A stretch of 64,000 nt of DNA, from positions 922-64,921 of the forward strand of contig CAKZKQ010000402.1 in NCBI GenBank assembly GCA_937123825.1, given 5' to 3'. Position 1 is the first letter of the stretch, and each line of letters opens with the position of its first letter. Source of the stretch: an uncultured Pseudomonadota bacterium (GTDB taxonomy: Bacteria; Myxococcota_A; Bradymonadia; Bradymonadales; GCA-2716585). The notes under the pieces are model-generated. The model was not told the origin of the DNA, made no database searches, and worked only from the letters and a program-made list of their open reading frames with translations. The translations under genes and the position numbers were made by a program. Of the stretch, positions 19,539-29,103 are shown one piece after another.

Positions 19539-20798
19539 CTATCGCTCCTCCAAACGGAACGAACCATCCTTCAAAAAGAAGAGCACCTTGCCGTTCTTCA
19601 ACACACGGAACCGGCTCACATCCTCCCCACACTCCCCACGCGACACCGCCTTCCACCCATCCTTCTCATGGGCGCTATACAAACCATTGGGACCGCACAT
19701 CCACACCCCCAAAGGCTCATGCGAGAAATGGATCCGGCTCAATCCCAAATTGGGCCTCTTACCCGCTGCCGCAAAGTCAACCACAAACCTTTCCCTATCG
19801 TCTTTCCAATTCCACAACTCCAGCTTATCGCCCTCATTCGACACCAGCCAATCACGATAAAATGTCTCATTAGAATATCTCAGCCCCAACGCTCTCCAAG
19901 TCCCATTCACCAAGTTAAAAACAGAGTACTCTCCAAAAGCGTATTTATCCTCAGTCCGCTGGAAAAAAACAATATGCCCATCATGAAAAGAATATCCCCT
20001 TTTGCCTCCATCAACGCCATAGCACTTTTCAAAATTCAATTCAGCTGCATCAGACACACAGACTTCACCATCACGAACACCCAAAACAGAACCATCCGAA
20101 GCATAGATCAGCTTTAGAAAACCACCGTTAACACCTTTCAAATTTTCAACAACAAGCTCCTCTTCACGAAGACAAACATGCTCAAATCGCCTCGCGAATG
20201 GACTGCTCATAACCACACAATTTTCTTTAGGAGATTGCCGAAAAAATGCAGACAAACCAATCTCGGACTCAAAAACATGAATCAATTTTCCGCTGGATGA
20301 TTCAAAGACACATATTTTACCGTTGTGGTCATACACAAAGATAAACTTACCACTGCCATCTACCCCCACTCCTACAGGCTGTATATTGTGCAACTTCTCA
20401 TTAAGTACACACAAATCAAAAATCACGCTTCCATCTTTAAGGCTCCACAACTTCAAGTGATTTGGATTTCGCTCAGATGAAGACGCATATGTCAGCATCC
20501 ACTTACCACCAGGCTCATAAAACTTTCCAAAATGCGATAGGACTGGATCACCATTGCTGCACAACTTTGCTTTCGAATTATCTATGGGATTTCTCAAGTT
20601 CATTGCCAGACCAGCAATCCCTCCTCTTTTCTTTTTTTTGTACTCACTCAGCGTTTGAGCATCTGAGGCTTTAACTCTTGGCTCATCTTTGGACTCAGCC
20701 TTCACAGGGGTAGGATCGCTTGCCCCCAACGTTGGCAGCGGTGCGCCGCACCCCAACAGAAAGAGACAAGCACCCAACACACACCACATCGCCTTCAT
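19539..20798 (-). CDS. Lipoprotein with beta-propeller-like repeats, encoded in a low-GC island
   Basis: MKAMWCVLGACLFLLGCGAPLP lipobox with GGGAGAAA RBS. The body is rich in K/N/F/Y, with codon use and GC (about 48-50%) very different from the flanking genes at about 70%. Confidence 0.55.
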   Translation of the reverse strand: MKAMWCVLGACLFLLGCGAPLPTLGASDPTPVKAESKDEPRVKASDAQTLSEYKKKKRGGIAGLAMNLRNPIDNSKAKLCSNGDPVLSHFGKFYEPGGKWMLTYASSSERNPNHLKLWSLKDGSVIFDLCVLNEKLHNIQPVGVGVDGSGKFIFVYDHNGKICVFESSSGKLIHVFESEIGLSAFFRQSPKENCVVMSSPFARRFEHVCLREEELVVENLKGVNGGFLKLIYASDGSVLGVRDGEVCVSDAAELNFEKCYGVDGGKRGYSFHDGHIVFFQRTEDKYAFGEYSVFNLVNGTWRALGLRYSNETFYRDWLVSNEGDKLELWNWKDDRERFVVDFAAAGKRPNLGLSRIHFSHEPLGVWMCGPNGLYSAHEKDGWKAVSRGECGEDVSRFRVLKNGKVLFFLKDGSFRLEER

Positions 20799-21109
20799 AC
20801 AATTTCTCCCTTCAATCACATCCAACCCGGCCACAAGAGCCCGGAAGACAGTGGTTCCAACGGTATCCTTACTGAAAAACTGCGCCATTGAGGCTCCAAC
20901 AATCGCACAAAACCATTGGTAATAGAAGCACAGAACTGCTGAAGTGGCTCGCAGAGTGCAAAAGCCACCCGAACAAGCTCCCTCGACGCGAGAGAGCCCC
21001 GAAGGGGTGATGAGTAAGATGGAAAATATGGGGGAACGGTGGGGTGCCGCTGCGCTTAAGACGTGGAGCCAGATGATGCCAAACGACAAGCTAAAGGCTT
21101 GGTTTGGTC

Positions 21110-21985
21110 TCAGACACCCATGGGGTGCCAGGCAGTCTTGACCTCGATGAAGGGCAGGATCCGGTAGGGGCTTTGGGTGGCGTCGGTGCGCCAGACGGCG
21201 GCCTCGGGGTCGGCGTAGTGCTTGACGCGCTTGACGCTGGAGGCGGCGCCCAGATCGAGCTTGGTGCGATCCTCGGTCGAGGTGCCGTAGCTGGCGATGC
21301 CGTCAATGTCCATGTGGGCCGCGACGTGGCCAATAAGCTCTTCGCGCAGACCCGTCAGGATGTTGACCACGCCACCGGGCAAATCGCTTGTGGCCAGCAC
21401 CTCGCCGAGTTCAACGGCAAGCTGGGGCGCGGGGCCGTCGACCACCAAAACGGCGGTGTTGCCAGAGACGATCACCGGCGCGATGGCCGACACAAGGCCC
21501 AACACCGGGGCTTGCCGGGGGGCCAGGATGGTGACGACGCCGGTGGGCTCGGGGAACGAGAAGTTGAAGTGCGGCGACGAGACCGGGTTGGTGGCGCTAA
21601 AGAGCTGGGTGAACTTGTCGGACCAGCCCGCGTACCAGATCAAGCGGTCGATGGCGGCGTCCAGCTCGGCAGCGGCCTCAGAGCGGCTGTAGCCCACGAC
21701 GGACACGAGGCGGTCTTCGAGGCCGCCACGGCGCGCCTCAAGCATCTCGGCCATGCGGTAAAGGATCTGGCCCCGGTTGAAGGCCGTGCGGCCGGACCAA
21801 CCCCCAAAGGCTTTGCGGGCGGCGACCACGGCGTTGCGAAGGTCTTTGCGCGAGGCGCGGCAGATGTCGGCCACAAAATCCCCCTGATGGTCGCGGACCT
21901 TGAGGTATCGGCCACTTTCGGTGCGCGGGAAGTGACCGCCGATGTAGAGCTTGTAGGTCTTCCAGACAGACAGGCGTTGGGTCAT
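21110..21985 (-). CDS. Truncated aldehyde-dehydrogenase-like protein (N-terminal / NAD-binding half only, no catalytic Cys)
   Basis: Aligns to ALDH from the N-terminus (YIGG..., WSDKF, GGVVNILTG, GHVAAHMDIDGIASYGTS) but stops before the ELGGK / catalytic-Cys region. Its ATG lies 1 nt after the TGA of the upstream ALDH (tgaGatg), i.e. translational coupling. Confidence 0.6.
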   Translation of the reverse strand: MTQRLSVWKTYKLYIGGHFPRTESGRYLKVRDHQGDFVADICRASRKDLRNAVVAARKAFGGWSGRTAFNRGQILYRMAEMLEARRGGLEDRLVSVVGYSRSEAAAELDAAIDRLIWYAGWSDKFTQLFSATNPVSSPHFNFSFPEPTGVVTILAPRQAPVLGLVSAIAPVIVSGNTAVLVVDGPAPQLAVELGEVLATSDLPGGVVNILTGLREELIGHVAAHMDIDGIASYGTSTEDRTKLDLGAASSVKRVKHYADPEAAVWRTDATQSPYRILPFIEVKTAWHPMGV

Positions 21986-21986
21986 C

Positions 21987-23444
21987 TCACTCCACCTCCA
22001 GGTAGGGCAGCAGGCCGTGCAGGCCGCCTTCGCGCCCAAAACCGCTCTCTTTGTAACCGCCAAAGGGGCTGCTGGGGTCGAACTTGTTGTAGGTGTTGCC
22101 CCAGATGACGCCAGCGCGGATCGCTCCGGCGACCTTGAAGAGCTTGGAGCCCTTGTCGGTCCAGATGCCCGCCGACAACCCGTATTCGGAGTTGTTGGCC
22201 TTGGCGATGGCTTCGGCAGGGGTGCGGAAGGTCAGGACCGAGAGCACCGGCCCGAAGATCTCCTCCTGGGCGATGCGGTGGGCCTGGGTGACGCCGGTGA
22301 AGACCGTGGGGCGGAAGAAGAAGCCCTTGCCCGGCAGGTTGCACTCGGGCTGGAAGCAGGTCGCTCCCTCGGTCTCTCCCGCCTGGACCAACTCGGTGAT
22401 CTTGTTGAGCTGCTCGCGGGAGTTGATGGCGCCGATGTCGGTGTTCTTATCGAGCGGGTCGCCGACGCGCAGCGTGGACATGCGGTGCTTGAGGCGACGG
22501 ACGACCTCATCGTGGATGGACTCCTGCACCAGGAGGCGGCTGCCTGCGCAGCAGACGTGGCCCTGGTTGAAGAAGATGCCGTTGACGATGCCTTCGATGG
22601 CCTGATCCAGCGGGGCGTCATCAAAGATGATGTTGGCGCCCTTGCCGCCAAGCTCCAAGGTCAGACGCTTGCCGGTCCCGGCCAGGGAGCGCTGGATGAT
22701 CTTGCCGACCTCGGTCGAGCCGGTGAAGGCGATCTTGTCGGTGCCGGGGTGATCGACGATGGCGGCGCCGGTGGCCCCCGCGCCGTTGACGATGTTGACC
22801 ACGCCGGGGGGCAAACCCGCGTCCTGAATGATCTCGGCCAGCTTCATGGCCGTCAGCGGGGTCGTCTCGGCGGGTTTGATGACGATGGTGTTGCCGCACG
22901 CCAGCGCCGGGGCGATCTTCCAGGCCGCCATCAGCAGCGGGAAGTTCCACGGGATGATCTGGCCTGCGACGCCGACGGGACGAGGACGCGCGCCGGGGAA
23001 CGCAAACTCCAGCTTGTCGGCCCAACCGGCGTAGTAGAAGAAGTGCGCGGCGACCAGGGGGATGTCCACGTCGCGGCTTTCACGGATGGGCTTGCCGCCG
23101 TCCATCGATTCGATGACGGCCAGTTCGCGGGCGCGCTCCTGAATGAGGCGCGCGATGCGGAAGATGTACTTGGCGCGCTCGCTGGCAGGCATCGACCCCC
23201 AGGGACCTTCGAGGGCGGCGCGGGCGGCCTTGACGGCGCGATCGACCATGGCCTCATCGGCGCTGTGGATCTGCGCCAGCGTCTCTTCGGTGGCGGGGTT
23301 GATGGTCTCAAACGGCTGGCCCTCTTCGACGAACTGGCCGTTGATAAAGTGCCCATATTGGGCTTTGAGCTCGATGTGGTTGGTGGACTCGGGTGCGGGA
23401 GCATAATCCCACAGGTCCCCAAAGAGCAGGTCTCGGGCGGTCAC
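21987..23444 (-). CDS. NAD(P)-dependent aldehyde dehydrogenase
   Basis: Full-length 485 aa with [26 protein letters not shown] and the catalytic [13 protein letters not shown]. Confidence 0.9.
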   Translation of the reverse strand: MTARDLLFGDLWDYAPAPESTNHIELKAQYGHFINGQFVEEGQPFETINPATEETLAQIHSADEAMVDRAVKAARAALEGPWGSMPASERAKYIFRIARLIQERARELAVIESMDGGKPIRESRDVDIPLVAAHFFYYAGWADKLEFAFPGARPRPVGVAGQIIPWNFPLLMAAWKIAPALACGNTIVIKPAETTPLTAMKLAEIIQDAGLPPGVVNIVNGAGATGAAIVDHPGTDKIAFTGSTEVGKIIQRSLAGTGKRLTLELGGKGANIIFDDAPLDQAIEGIVNGIFFNQGHVCCAGSRLLVQESIHDEVVRRLKHRMSTLRVGDPLDKNTDIGAINSREQLNKITELVQAGETEGATCFQPECNLPGKGFFFRPTVFTGVTQAHRIAQEEIFGPVLSVLTFRTPAEAIAKANNSEYGLSAGIWTDKGSKLFKVAGAIRAGVIWGNTYNKFDPSSPFGGYKESGFGREGGLHGLLPYLEVE

Positions 23445-23534
23445 AGCCTCCCCCTTTTATGTCATCGAGGCTTTGCGCATGCGGCGCACGCACAAGCCTG
23501 TCGTTGAATGTTTCCAGGTCCGCGTCGACATGCC

Positions 23535-24437
23535 TCAGGACATGCTGAAGTAGCGGTCGGACTGGTAGGCGCCGGTGCGCTGCTTCTGGATCTGCATCAG
23601 CACATCATTGAGCAGCGAGGACGCCCCAAAGCGGAACCACTCACCGTTGAGCCACTCGTCCCCCAGGGTCTCTTTGACCATGGCGAGGTAGCGCAGGGCG
23701 AGCTTGGAGGTGCGGATGCCGCCAGCGGGCTTCATGCCGACCTTGTGGCCGGTCTTGAGCCAGTGTTCGCGGATGGCTTCGAGCATCACCAGGGTGACGG
23801 GCATGCTGGCCGCGGGGCTGATCTTGCCGGTCGAGGTCTTGATGAAGTGCGCCCCAGCGTCCATCGCGATCTGGCTGGCCAGGCGCACATTGTCAAAGGT
23901 CTCCAGCTCGCCCACTTCCAGGATAACCTTCAGGTGGGCCGGGCCGCAGGCTTCGACGGTGGCCGCGACCTCGTCGTAGACCTTGGCGTACTCCCCGCTG
24001 AGGAAGTCGCGGCGGCTGATGACCATGTCGATCTCATCGGCCCCGACCTCGACGGTGCGGCGGACTTCATCCAGGCGCTCTTCGAGCGTGGCCTGTCCGC
24101 TGGGAAAGTAGGTCGCCACAGCGGCGATGTTGACCGAGGAGCCCTTAAGGACCTCCTTGGCCACCGGCACCAGCGGCGGATAGACGCACACGGCCGCCAC
24201 CGGCGGGCAGGGCGTGTTTCCAAGCGGGTGCAGCGCCTTTTGGCACAGGCTGCGCACTTTGCCCGGTGTGTCTTTGCCCTCCAGGGTGGTCAGATCCATC
24301 ATCTTGATGATCAACTCCAACCCTTCGAGCTTCGATCCTTTCTTGATGCTCCGCTTGCCAAAGCGGGCGGCGCGCTCTTGGGCCCCGATCTGATCGATCG
24401 AAGGCAGGCGCGGTGGTACGTATGAGGAACGCCCCAT
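23535..24437 (-). CDS. deoC: Deoxyribose-phosphate aldolase, long (DERA-like) form
   Basis: MMDLTTLEGKDTPGKV, VAAVCVYPPLV, FPSGQATLEERLDEV, ADEIDMVI, Schiff-base region AHFIKTSTGK, and KPAGGIRT. GGAGGG RBS before the MGRSS start. Confidence 0.75.
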   Translation of the reverse strand: MGRSSYVPPRLPSIDQIGAQERAARFGKRSIKKGSKLEGLELIIKMMDLTTLEGKDTPGKVRSLCQKALHPLGNTPCPPVAAVCVYPPLVPVAKEVLKGSSVNIAAVATYFPSGQATLEERLDEVRRTVEVGADEIDMVISRRDFLSGEYAKVYDEVAATVEACGPAHLKVILEVGELETFDNVRLASQIAMDAGAHFIKTSTGKISPAASMPVTLVMLEAIREHWLKTGHKVGMKPAGGIRTSKLALRYLAMVKETLGDEWLNGEWFRFGASSLLNDVLMQIQKQRTGAYQSDRYFSMS

Positions 24438-24613
24438 CAAACCCTCCAGAACGTTGCGAATGATTCGTACAGCCACAAACGAACGCATCAAAACACCTTG
24501 GTCCTCGCCAGTCAACGCCGTCACGGCGCTCAGGGCATGGAAAGGGTGGTTCTCTGACCAAGATGAAGCCGGAAGCGGTCACTTCCGGCGCTGATTCCTC
24601 GATTTTGGCACTT

Positions 24614-25996
24614 TCAGGCCACGCCAGGGGCGCGCAGGGCGCCGGGTTGCAGGTGCGGAGAGGCCCGGAGGATTTTGATCACGGCCTCGGTGCGGGTGGT
24701 GGTGCTGGTGTTGATGTGAAGCTGCGTCAATGACGCCAGCCAGGGCAGCCAGGCCAGGACCTTGGCGTCCTTGGGGTAGAGGCCAACCCCCCGCAGATCG
24801 AGGACTTTCAGCTCTGGCAGGTGCTCGGGGAAGCACTCAAGGAGGACATCGAGCCCCTGGGCCAGGTTGTTGTAACCGATGCTGAGACATTGGAGGCCGC
24901 GCAGTGTGCCGGAGCGCAGCAGGCGACGCAGCAGCGACGGGGTGAGGTTGGTGTGGCGCAGCCCCAGCGCCTGGAGCTGAAGCGGGGCCAGCAGGTCGGC
25001 GTCCAGGGTCGTGTTGTCGCTCTGCGGATTGCGGGAGAGGTCGAGGCTTTTGAGCCCGGCGGGCAAGCGCTCAAGGTTGTCAAAGGGCACATTAAGCATG
25101 TTGAGGCTCAGGTGCTCCAGGCGGTCCATGTTGGGGTGATGGCACACGGTCAGGGCGCCTTCGACGTTGCACTGGGCGTTGGAGATGTCCAGGTGGGTCA
25201 ACGCAGGCAGGCCATCGTGGGCGGCAAGCTCGCGGACGAACTTGGGCGAGATGGAGCGGCTTGGCAGATAGAGCGCGCGGACGTTGTTCAGGTGTGGGCA
25301 GGCCAGGATGTGGCGCGCCACCCGGGTGCTGACCTTGACCTTGTGAAACCCCAGGACCCGAATGGCCGCAAAGCGCGGGTCAAACTCCCCCTGCATCAAG
25401 CGCTTTTGCCACTGCAAGGGCATGGCGCGCGGATCGAGGCCCTCGACGCTGGTCAAATCCAGGTGAAAACGGTGGAAGTGCTCGTTCTCTGGGTAGCTGT
25501 GGTTGTTGGGGTTGGTCTGGGACAGCGCCGTGTGAAAGCCTGCAAACTTGCCCTGCCAGCGCTGGGCGCTGCCTTCGATGTAGTCCAGCGCCACCTCCAG
25601 GTTTTGGGGCTTGCATTGGTCCAGGACTTTGCAGACCTTGAACCACTGGGCCGACGACGGCGGTGCGTGCAAAAGCTGGCGCAGTTGGGTCAGGGTCTTG
25701 TTGGGGGCCTCGGTTTTGACGGCTTTGTGGACCGTGGCGGTTTCGTCCTCACCCAGCGTCTGACCCGCCAACAAGCGCTCAAGCTGGGTTTCGTCGATGA
25801 CGCGCACGTTCAAACCCCGCGCCTGACCCAAGGCGGAGCTTGGTGAGGCTCCCGTGATCAAAAAGTCGATCTTGGTCGTGACGGTCGAGCAGACCTTGAT
25901 GCCCAAACCCCGCAGCCTGCGCTCCAGACCGCGGCGCGAGCCAGATTTGAAGCGCCCGGTCACGACCACCCTCATGCCCTTGAGATCTTGGCTCAT
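24614..25996 (-). CDS. BRCT-domain + leucine-rich-repeat (RNI-like LRR) protein
   Basis: N-terminal MRVVVTGRFKSGSRRGLERRLRGLGIKVCSTVTTKIDFLITGASPSSALGQARGLNVRVIDETQLERLL is a DNA-ligase-type BRCT fold. The C-terminal half consists of LxxLxLxxN LRRs (LKSLDLSRNPQ..., LQALGLRHTNL..., LKVLDLRGVGL). Its ATG overlaps the kinase stop (ATGA). Confidence 0.7.
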   Translation of the reverse strand: MSQDLKGMRVVVTGRFKSGSRRGLERRLRGLGIKVCSTVTTKIDFLITGASPSSALGQARGLNVRVIDETQLERLLAGQTLGEDETATVHKAVKTEAPNKTLTQLRQLLHAPPSSAQWFKVCKVLDQCKPQNLEVALDYIEGSAQRWQGKFAGFHTALSQTNPNNHSYPENEHFHRFHLDLTSVEGLDPRAMPLQWQKRLMQGEFDPRFAAIRVLGFHKVKVSTRVARHILACPHLNNVRALYLPSRSISPKFVRELAAHDGLPALTHLDISNAQCNVEGALTVCHHPNMDRLEHLSLNMLNVPFDNLERLPAGLKSLDLSRNPQSDNTTLDADLLAPLQLQALGLRHTNLTPSLLRRLLRSGTLRGLQCLSIGYNNLAQGLDVLLECFPEHLPELKVLDLRGVGLYPKDAKVLAWLPWLASLTQLHINTSTTTRTEAVIKILRASPHLQPGALRAPGVA

Positions 25997-28900
25997 TGCG
26001 CCTCCAGCTGCGCTTCCAACCGTGCCCGCAGCGCGTTGATCTCCCGGCGATCCGGGTGGTCGTCTCCAAGACGCGCCAGTGCCTGGGGCGCCAGCGCCTT
26101 CAGGGTGCGCAGGGCGCGGGTGTGATCTTGCGCCAGGACATGGACCTGGGCCAGATCGAGCGCGCTGCGCAGCACTTCGGGGTGATCGCTGCCCAAACGC
26201 CGCCGCCGGGTGTCCAGAATCATGGGGGCCAGCGCCGCCGCCTCTTCAAGCCTTTGGGCCGCCATCAGCCCCCGCAAACGCTGACGCTGGCTCCAGAGCG
26301 TCTCGGGATGGTCCGAACCCAGCCAGCGACCACGCCCTTCGACCACCTGGCGGTGCAGTGCGTTGGCCTCGTCCAGTTGGCCTTGCGCCTGAAGCGTCGA
26401 GGCCAGGTTGTTGGCCACCCGCAGCCAGATGGGGTGGTCCAACCCAAAGACCTCTCTGGCCACCTCCAGGGATTGGCGCCCAAGGGCCTCGGCCTGCGCC
26501 AAATGACCAGACGCGCGCAGCGCCGAGGCCAGCATCACGCCCCCCTCCAGGGTCTGCGCGTCTTTGGGGCCCAGCGCCTCCAGGCGCGCCGCATAGACCT
26601 CCTGACGCAGCGCCAGCGCGCGCCCCAACTCCCCCCTGTCCTTGAGCGCCACGCTGAGCTGCTCCATGCTGCAGAGCGTCTGCGGATGGTGTGCCCCCAA
26701 TGTCCGGCGCCGCACCTCCAGCACGCGCCCGTGCAGCCGCTCGGCCCCCTGGTGGTTGCCCTTGAACCACAGCGCCACGGCCAACCCAAAGAGCGCCTCC
26801 AGGGTCAGCGCAGACTCGGAACCGCCCACTTCCCGCGCCAAGACCACCGCCTTGCGCAGCACATCGGCGGCCGCCTCAAAGCGCCCCTGAACCCGGTGCA
26901 GCTCCCCCAGATGGAGCGCCAACCGCACCAGGCGTTCGGATGGCTCGGAACCACCTTGTTCCAGTAATGCGGACGCGTGCGGGACGCTCTCGGCCAGACG
27001 CGCCCAACGATATGGGTGATGTCCATCCTTGTCGGACTCAAGGGCGTCCAAGAGCGCCTCCAGCGCTGCGCGCCGCCCTTGCCCGTCCACGTCCTGCCCT
27101 CTGAGAAAGTCGGCCACCACACGGTGCATCACCCCCAGAAAGGCCCCAGGAGAGCGCGTCAGGATGTTGTGCGCCACCAGGAGGCTGGCGGTTCCCGTGT
27201 CGGCCAGCGCCATCACCAGCGTCCTGGGCAGCGGCGCGGGAGCCATGTGCGCCAGCGCGCAGGCCAGCGACTGGGCTTTGGGCGTCAGCCGCCCAAAGCT
27301 CAGCAAGAGCGTCTCGGTGACGCCCGGCAACGCGGTGGCTCCAAGCTGCGGAGAAAGCGCCCGATGCCGCGCATCGAGCACCTGGGTCACCCCCTCTTGC
27401 CCCGCCTCCACCAACGACACCAACTCCCCCGCCCCAAGCTCACCGAGCACCAGCGAGCGGTTGAGCAGCTCCAACGCCAGCGGCAGCCCATCGACCCAGT
27501 CCACCACCTGCTGGGCCTCTTGCCTGGACCAGCCGCTGTCTTCAAACCCTGTCGCCAGCAGCGCCGCGCCGTCATCCTGCCCCAAAGGCGGCACCTGGAG
27601 GTTGATGACGGCCATCTCTGGGCGACGCATCCGCGAGGTCAACAAAACCGGCACCTGCCCCAACGCCGGACACCAATGCAGCAACGGTTGGCCTTGCTGA
27701 CCCGAGTCCGGCACAGGGAGGTTGTCGACCACCCAGAGCACCTCGGTGGCCCTGGGCAAACGCAGCAGCGCGCGCCGCAAGAGGTCGTCCAGCGACTGCG
27801 GCCTCTCAAGCAGCGCCGCCAGCGGCGGAGCGGCCGGCTCAAGGTGGCGCAAGATGTGGTGGAGGCTCTCATCGCGCCGCGTCGGGTCCGAGGCGTCCAC
27901 CCAGAAGACCCCGCCGGGAAAGCGGTTCAAGTGGCGCCAGGCAAACTCGATGGCCAGGCGAGTTTTGCCCATGCCGCCGTTGGCCGTCAGCGCGACTTGT
28001 CGGGGCTGGCCGTCGCGTTTGGGGGCATCGAGCAGATGTTCGCGCAGCGTCTCCATCAAACCGCCGCGGCCCACAAAACGCCCTCCGAGCGACGGCGAGA
28101 GCGGCGTGTGTGCGATCAGCCCCCCGCCGGGCATTGTCCACGCCACCGCGTCGGTCGCCAGAGCGTCGTGCACGGGGTCTTGGGTGATGGCCGACGCCTC
28201 AAAAGTGTCAAAGGTCAGCACAGAGGGGTGTGAACCGCGCCCGACGGCCCGCTCCAGCGCGCCCAGCATCGCCGCAGCGTCGGGATAACGGCCGTTGGGG
28301 TCGGTGCTGATGGCGGCGGAGATGACCGGCCACAGGGCGCTGGCGCGCACCTGCGCGGCGATCTTGAGTTCTCCTCGGATGTGCACCAACGCACAAGACC
28401 ACCACCCCTGCCCTTCGACCACGGGCTGGGCGGTGATCAACTCGGCCATGATGAGGCCCATTTGATAGACGTCGATGGCGGGAGAGACGAGTTGGTGCTC
28501 CAGATACTCGGGGGCCATGTAGAGGGGCGTGCCGATGGACTGGCCGGGCTGCGTCATCCGCGTGGGGGCGCGGCCTTCGCGCAGCACCTCGCGGCGCACG
28601 TGGGCCACTCCAAAATCGACCAGCTTCAGGCGCTCGCCGCGCTGACCGGGCTTGTGCACAAAGAGGTTGGAGGGTTTGAGATCCTTGTGCACCACGCCCT
28701 GGCGGTGGGCCTGGGCAAGGCCTTCAAGGCAGGGCGCCATCAGGGCGGCGATGCGCTGGGCAGACATCGGGCCACGCAGATCCAGTTCGTCGCCCAGGTC
28801 ATGGCCGTCGAGCAGCTCCATGACGATGTAGGGCAACTGGTCCTGGTGGATCCCGAAGTCGTGGATGACGACCACGTTGGGGTGCTGGAGCCGGGCGGCG

Positions 28901-29103
28901 GCGGTGGCCTCTTGAAAGAAGCGCGCCTGGAGTTGGGGGTCGGCGTCCTGGGTCAGGAGCATCTTCAACGCCACCGCGCGGCCCACGCTCAACTGCGTGG
29001 CGCGGTAGACCACCCCAAAGCCGCCCTGCCCCAACATCCCCTCAAGACGATAGGCCCCGTCGATGATGTCTCCGGGCTGTGGCAACGCGTCCGACACGCT
29101 CAC
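25993..29103 (-). CDS. Ser/Thr protein kinase fused to a STAND (NB-ARC-like) NTPase and C-terminal TPR repeats
   Basis: Kinase subdomains GQGGFGVVYRA, ALK, HKDLKPSN, DFG, APE. P-loop VALTANGGMGKTRLAIEFAW. C-terminal kinesin-light-chain-type TPRs (LGxDHPxTL...). The GTG start overlaps the amidohydrolase stop (GTGA). Confidence 0.85.
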   Translation of the reverse strand: MSVSDALPQPGDIIDGAYRLEGMLGQGGFGVVYRATQLSVGRAVALKMLLTQDADPQLQARFFQEATAAARLQHPNVVVIHDFGIHQDQLPYIVMELLDGHDLGDELDLRGPMSAQRIAALMAPCLEGLAQAHRQGVVHKDLKPSNLFVHKPGQRGERLKLVDFGVAHVRREVLREGRAPTRMTQPGQSIGTPLYMAPEYLEHQLVSPAIDVYQMGLIMAELITAQPVVEGQGWWSCALVHIRGELKIAAQVRASALWPVISAAISTDPNGRYPDAAAMLGALERAVGRGSHPSVLTFDTFEASAITQDPVHDALATDAVAWTMPGGGLIAHTPLSPSLGGRFVGRGGLMETLREHLLDAPKRDGQPRQVALTANGGMGKTRLAIEFAWRHLNRFPGGVFWVDASDPTRRDESLHHILRHLEPAAPPLAALLERPQSLDDLLRRALLRLPRATEVLWVVDNLPVPDSGQQGQPLLHWCPALGQVPVLLTSRMRRPEMAVINLQVPPLGQDDGAALLATGFEDSGWSRQEAQQVVDWVDGLPLALELLNRSLVLGELGAGELVSLVEAGQEGVTQVLDARHRALSPQLGATALPGVTETLLLSFGRLTPKAQSLACALAHMAPAPLPRTLVMALADTGTASLLVAHNILTRSPGAFLGVMHRVVADFLRGQDVDGQGRRAALEALLDALESDKDGHHPYRWARLAESVPHASALLEQGGSEPSERLVRLALHLGELHRVQGRFEAAADVLRKAVVLAREVGGSESALTLEALFGLAVALWFKGNHQGAERLHGRVLEVRRRTLGAHHPQTLCSMEQLSVALKDRGELGRALALRQEVYAARLEALGPKDAQTLEGGVMLASALRASGHLAQAEALGRQSLEVAREVFGLDHPIWLRVANNLASTLQAQGQLDEANALHRQVVEGRGRWLGSDHPETLWSQRQRLRGLMAAQRLEEAAALAPMILDTRRRRLGSDHPEVLRSALDLAQVHVLAQDHTRALRTLKALAPQALARLGDDHPDRREINALRARLEAQLEAQ

